Positions 61,038 to 64,000 of a DNA stretch of 64,000 bases are shown here, in pieces; positions within the stretch are counted from its first letter, which is position 1, and each line of letters begins with the position of its first letter. Under the pieces are notes generated by a model. The model had not been told where the DNA came from and made no database searches. It worked only from the letters and a program-made list of their open reading frames with translations. The stretch lies in assembly GCA_963674945.2 (NCBI GenBank), contig CAXXWQ010000004.1, forward strand, positions 2,816,001 to 2,880,000. Direction: 5' to 3'. Source of the DNA: an uncultured Desulfosarcina sp. (GTDB lineage: Bacteria > Desulfobacterota > Desulfobacteria > Desulfobacterales > Desulfosarcinaceae). Position numbers and translations under genes: made by a program.

Positions 61038-61124
61038 GACGTCTTCGGATAAAGTTCGAGACCAAGGCTTGCGAGTCACAGGGATGAAGCGTAACGCCGA
61101 GATCGGACTTTTTCCGAAGACGTC
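61038..61124 (+). repeat. Internally deleted palindromic repeat, copy C
   Basis: GACGTCTTCGGATAAAG / CTTTTTCCGAAGACGTC. Confidence 0.8.
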
Positions 61125-61557
61125 AATCTTTATTGGATGTCATGTACCGATGCAATGCCTCCTGAACGGCTGCCGCGGCAAGAAACGCACAGTGCTGCTC
61201 TTCTTCGGGAAGTTGGCCGAGTCTTTCCAAGACGGCCTCGCCGGTGATGTCCGTCAGCTCATCGGGTGTCTTTCCGTGGGCCATCTCGGCGGCAAAAGAG
61301 CCGCAGACCGTGCTGGAACCACACCCGTCGGTACGATAGGCCGCGTCTACAACCCGGCCGTTTTCGAATTTAAGGAAAATTTCCATGGTGTCCCCGCAAC
61401 TCCCCTTGACCCGGGAGTGTGAATCCGCATCGGCCAGGGGGCCACGGTACATAGGGTTGCGCCAGCGTTCGAAACCGGCATCACCATAGGCCTGGCGCGT
61501 CTCCTCGAAAATCTGTTCCTGTAACTTGTCTACGAATGCATCGAAATTGTCACCCAT
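61123..61557 (-). CDS. IscU/NifU-like Fe-S scaffold protein
   Basis: GSCGD, DGCGSS, QHCA. Confidence 0.88.
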   Translation of the reverse strand: MGDNFDAFVDKLQEQIFEETRQAYGDAGFERWRNPMYRGPLADADSHSRVKGSCGDTMEIFLKFENGRVVDAAYRTDGCGSSTVCGSFAAEMAHGKTPDELTDITGEAVLERLGQLPEEEQHCAFLAAAAVQEALHRYMTSNKD

Positions 61558-61578
61558 CGTAATTCTATCTTTCCCTTG

Positions 61579-62220
61579 CTATCCAAACTCTTTCATTTTC
61601 GACTCGATTTGGGCCAACTGCCGTTTCAGGTCTTCTGCCTGTCTGCGCAACAGGTCAAGCTGCTCTTTTGGGTCCGCCGGGGAGGCACTGCCTCCCAAAT
61701 CCGCAGTCGCCGAATTGGAATAGCACCCCCCCATACCTCTGCCGCCCCCCATGCCTCTGCCGCCACCCATGCCTCTGCCGCCACCCATGCCTCTGCCGCA
61801 GCCCATGCCTCTGCCGCCACCCATGCCCGGTTGAAAGCCGCCTTGCATGGATGGGGTTGCCGTTCCTGATTTTCCGGGAACGTTACCCTGGGTGGATGCC
61901 TGAAGTTTTCCCTCTTTGAACCGCGCGACGGCATCTTTGACACTGCCGTATTGTCCCAGGATGACATCGATGTTGGTTTCGGCAAACACCTGCATGGCCT
62001 TGGGACCGCAATTTCCGGTGATGACCGCGGCCACATCCTTGGATGCCACGAAACTGGCGGATTGAATGCCGGCACTGGATGACAACTCGGCATTGGTGTT
62101 TTCAAAGGCTTCGTAACGCATATCCGTGGTATCGACGATAATGAAATATCGGCATCGGCCAAACCGTTCGTCGATGGTGGATTCGAGACTGTTTCCCGTT
62201 GCACTTACTGCGATTTTCAT
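61579..62220 (-). CDS. NifB/NifX-family (orange-protein-like) protein with GMGGGR-repeat tail
   Basis: MKIAVSA, RFGRCRYF, ITGNCGPKA; Gly-rich repeats and a coiled-coil end. Confidence 0.85.
   Translation of the reverse strand: MKIAVSATGNSLESTIDERFGRCRYFIIVDTTDMRYEAFENTNAELSSSAGIQSASFVASKDVAAVITGNCGPKAMQVFAETNIDVILGQYGSVKDAVARFKEGKLQASTQGNVPGKSGTATPSMQGGFQPGMGGGRGMGCGRGMGGGRGMGGGRGMGGGRGMGGCYSNSATADLGGSASPADPKEQLDLLRRQAEDLKRQLAQIESKMKEFG
61730..61827 (-). repeat. 18-bp coding tandem repeat (5+ units)
   Basis: cccatgcctctgccgcca units encoding GMGGGR. Confidence 0.9.
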
Positions 62221-62255
62221 GTGTGTCTCCTTATGTTTGGTTACCCCTTGATCAA

Positions 62256-63104
62256 TTATGTGTTATGTGTCAAATCGATGATTTTTTGTGAGATATCGAG
62301 AAACGCCCGGCTCACCGGCGTGTCGGCATGTTGGCTCCGATAGGAGATGCCCGCGTCGCCGCATTTGACCAATTTGGGATCGAATGGAATCTGTCCCAGC
62401 AACGCAAGCCCCGTTGAAAGAGCTGTTCGCTCTCCGCCTCCGGATCCGAAAAAATCGATGCGTTCGCCGCATTGGGGGCAGGTAAAACCGCTCATATTTT
62501 CCACCAAACCGAGGATTTTCATTTTCATTGTTTTACAAAAATTGATCGATTTTCTCACATCTGCCAGGGCCACTTCCTGGGGCGTCGTCACGACGATGGC
62601 ATATGCATCTTTGATCAATTGTGCGACGGTCAAGGGTTCGTCTCCTGTACCCGGCGGGGAATCGATGATCAAGAAATCCAGATCTCCCCAATTCACTTCT
62701 CCAATGAACTGGCGTATGGCACCGTGTTTGACGGGACCTCGCCAGATGATGGCATCGTCCTTGTTTTTCATGAGTGATTCGATGGAGACGGCCACCAGGT
62801 TCTCGGAATAGCGCAAAGGAACGATCTTTTTCTTTTGGGCGTCTCCCTCCAGCATTCCCATAAGACCGAGCATCCTCGGGATATCGGGTCCATGAACGTC
62901 CACATCCATCAATCCAACCGTAAACCCTTTTTCCGCCAGGGCAATGGCCAGGTTTACCGAGACGCTGGATTTACCGACCCCTCCTTTTCCGCTCATGACC
63001 ATGATCTTGTGTTTGATTCGGGCCAGAGACTGCTGGGCCAATTCGTCCGGACTTGGCCCCGGTGGCTTGTCAGAGATGCCAATTCCATCGGGTTTTTTCT
63101 TCAT
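62256..63104 (-). CDS. mrp: Mrp/ApbC/NBP35 Fe-S carrier ATPase
   Basis: SGKGGVGKS, DVDVHGP, WRGP, DSPPGTGD, ENMS..CPQC; start at MKKKPDG. Confidence 0.92.
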   Translation of the reverse strand: MKKKPDGIGISDKPPGPSPDELAQQSLARIKHKIMVMSGKGGVGKSSVSVNLAIALAEKGFTVGLMDVDVHGPDIPRMLGLMGMLEGDAQKKKIVPLRYSENLVAVSIESLMKNKDDAIIWRGPVKHGAIRQFIGEVNWGDLDFLIIDSPPGTGDEPLTVAQLIKDAYAIVVTTPQEVALADVRKSINFCKTMKMKILGLVENMSGFTCPQCGERIDFFGSGGGERTALSTGLALLGQIPFDPKLVKCGDAGISYRSQHADTPVSRAFLDISQKIIDLTHNT

Positions 63105-63124
63105 TTTCTTGCCTCGGGTTTCAA

Positions 63125-63511
63125 TTATCTTCCGACTTTCGGCGCAAGGCCGAGAATTCGATTCAGATGGTCCATCAACCGCATACCATCGGCTGGTTCC
63201 GGATTGGGTGGAAGCTGCATCAAGAGCCCCAATCCTTCGGTAGCCTCGTGATAGTCTTCTTTCGATAGCGGGCTGACCAATGCGCAATTGATCAGCGGGT
63301 TTGCCGCCACCAGTCGTTTGGTAAAAGAGAGGCCGTCCATGTCGCCAAGGTTTTCATCCACCACAACAAGATCGACGGCGTTATTTGCGATGGCAGCCAG
63401 CGCCTGATCACCGGAATCCGCCCAGCTGATGGTTGCCCCCGTGGATTCCATGGCGGGGGGCAGATTTGCTAAACGAGATCTGTCGGCGGCGGCGAGAAGG
63501 ATTTGCGTCAT
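63125..63511 (-). CDS. Stand-alone, atypical response-regulator receiver protein
   Basis: SGDQAL, DLVVVDENL.DMDGL; lacks the usual KP motif. Confidence 0.75.
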   Translation of the reverse strand: MTQILLAAADRSRLANLPPAMESTGATISWADSGDQALAAIANNAVDLVVVDENLGDMDGLSFTKRLVAANPLINCALVSPLSKEDYHEATEGLGLLMQLPPNPEPADGMRLMDHLNRILGLAPKVGR

Positions 63512-63547
63512 TGGTTTGTTTCTCCTTTTGAACGTCTGTGTTTTTCC

Positions 63548-63913
63548 TCAAAACGATGAGTGGGTCCCGGTCGTGACATTTTTACAGCCAGGCATGCTGA
63601 AGGTGGGGGAGAGGGCATCACCCTTGGCATATGCGCCCATCACCTGATCCACCTCTCCTGCGATAAATGGGATAAGCGTAATTCCGGCATCGGTCATAAG
63701 GGTTGCCGGAACCTGGGAAATCGCACCGCAAATCAGCACATGCACATCCATTCCGGAAAGGGTTTTGGCCAAATGCGTCGGCTCCCCGGGATCAAAGGCC
63801 ATGTAAGACCGGTTCGCGATCTGTCCACTTCGTATCTCCGCAACCAAAAGACGCCGCGATGCATCGAATACCGGTGAAATTCGTTCTTCCCAAACGGTGA
63901 CAGCGACCTTCAT
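63548..63913 (-). CDS. NifB/NifX-family protein
   Basis: MKVAVTVWEERISPVFD, LICGAIS, MPGC. Confidence 0.85.
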   Translation of the reverse strand: MKVAVTVWEERISPVFDASRRLLVAEIRSGQIANRSYMAFDPGEPTHLAKTLSGMDVHVLICGAISQVPATLMTDAGITLIPFIAGEVDQVMGAYAKGDALSPTFSMPGCKNVTTGTHSSF

Positions 63914-63980
63914 TGTATCTCCCGAATCTTCAGTTATCCGGCGTTGGGACGACCTTGCTCTTTCAGACAGATGCAGATAT

Positions 63981-63996
63981 TGCGAACCATGTGCCA
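63981..63996 (-). promoter_or_regulatory. Sigma-54 promoter of the orp-like cluster
   Basis: TGGCACATGGTTCGCA fits GG-N10-GC, 68 nt upstream of the ATG. Confidence 0.75.
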
Positions 63997-64000
63997 GTCC

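Noticed and set aside
61730..61827. Tandem repeat as a CRISPR array
   Set aside because: Contiguous 18-bp units with no spacers, in frame inside a gene; no cas genes in the window
61579..63913. Nitrogen fixation genes
   Set aside because: NifX-like and NifU-like domains occur without nifHDK; the context matches orp-type clusters

Overview
Bacterial chromosomal window. Gene content (DVU0772-family gene, HdrA/MvhD, MetVF, IorAB, several sigma-54 activators) points to a sulfate-reducing Desulfobacterales deltaproteobacterium, probably Desulfosarcina-like (inference). The left half (1-36 kb) is mostly housekeeping and transport: a NosL/ABC/Cys-motif membrane-protein operon, inositol-phosphate synthase, glycerate kinase, an AT-rich secreted LRR gene, iorAB, an MCP, a Liv-type ABC system whose ATPase is fused to an aryl-CoA ligase, ilvE, galU, AsmA and a frameshifted lipoprotein. 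The right half (36.8-64 kb) looks like a sigma-54-controlled sulfur/redox island. It holds (i) a tusA-mvhD-hdrA-hdrA'-hdrC-hdrB-like-dsrE-metV-metF operon; (ii) a persulfide dioxygenase-rhodanese fusion and a selenocysteine peroxiredoxin; (iii) a HybA/HybB-type membrane module with a 13-CXXCH cytochrome (c3-like domain fused to an Otr-type octaheme domain) whose conserved NNFC cysteine codon is an in-frame TGA followed by a SECIS-like hairpin; and (iv) an orp-like NifX/Mrp/IscU/radical SAM cluster. The ORF track splits both putative selenoprotein genes in two. A family of ~125-bp palindromic repeats with compensatory stem changes is scattered through the window. No rRNA, tRNA, CRISPR array or intact transposase was seen. 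All family calls come from motif recognition by eye, not database searches.
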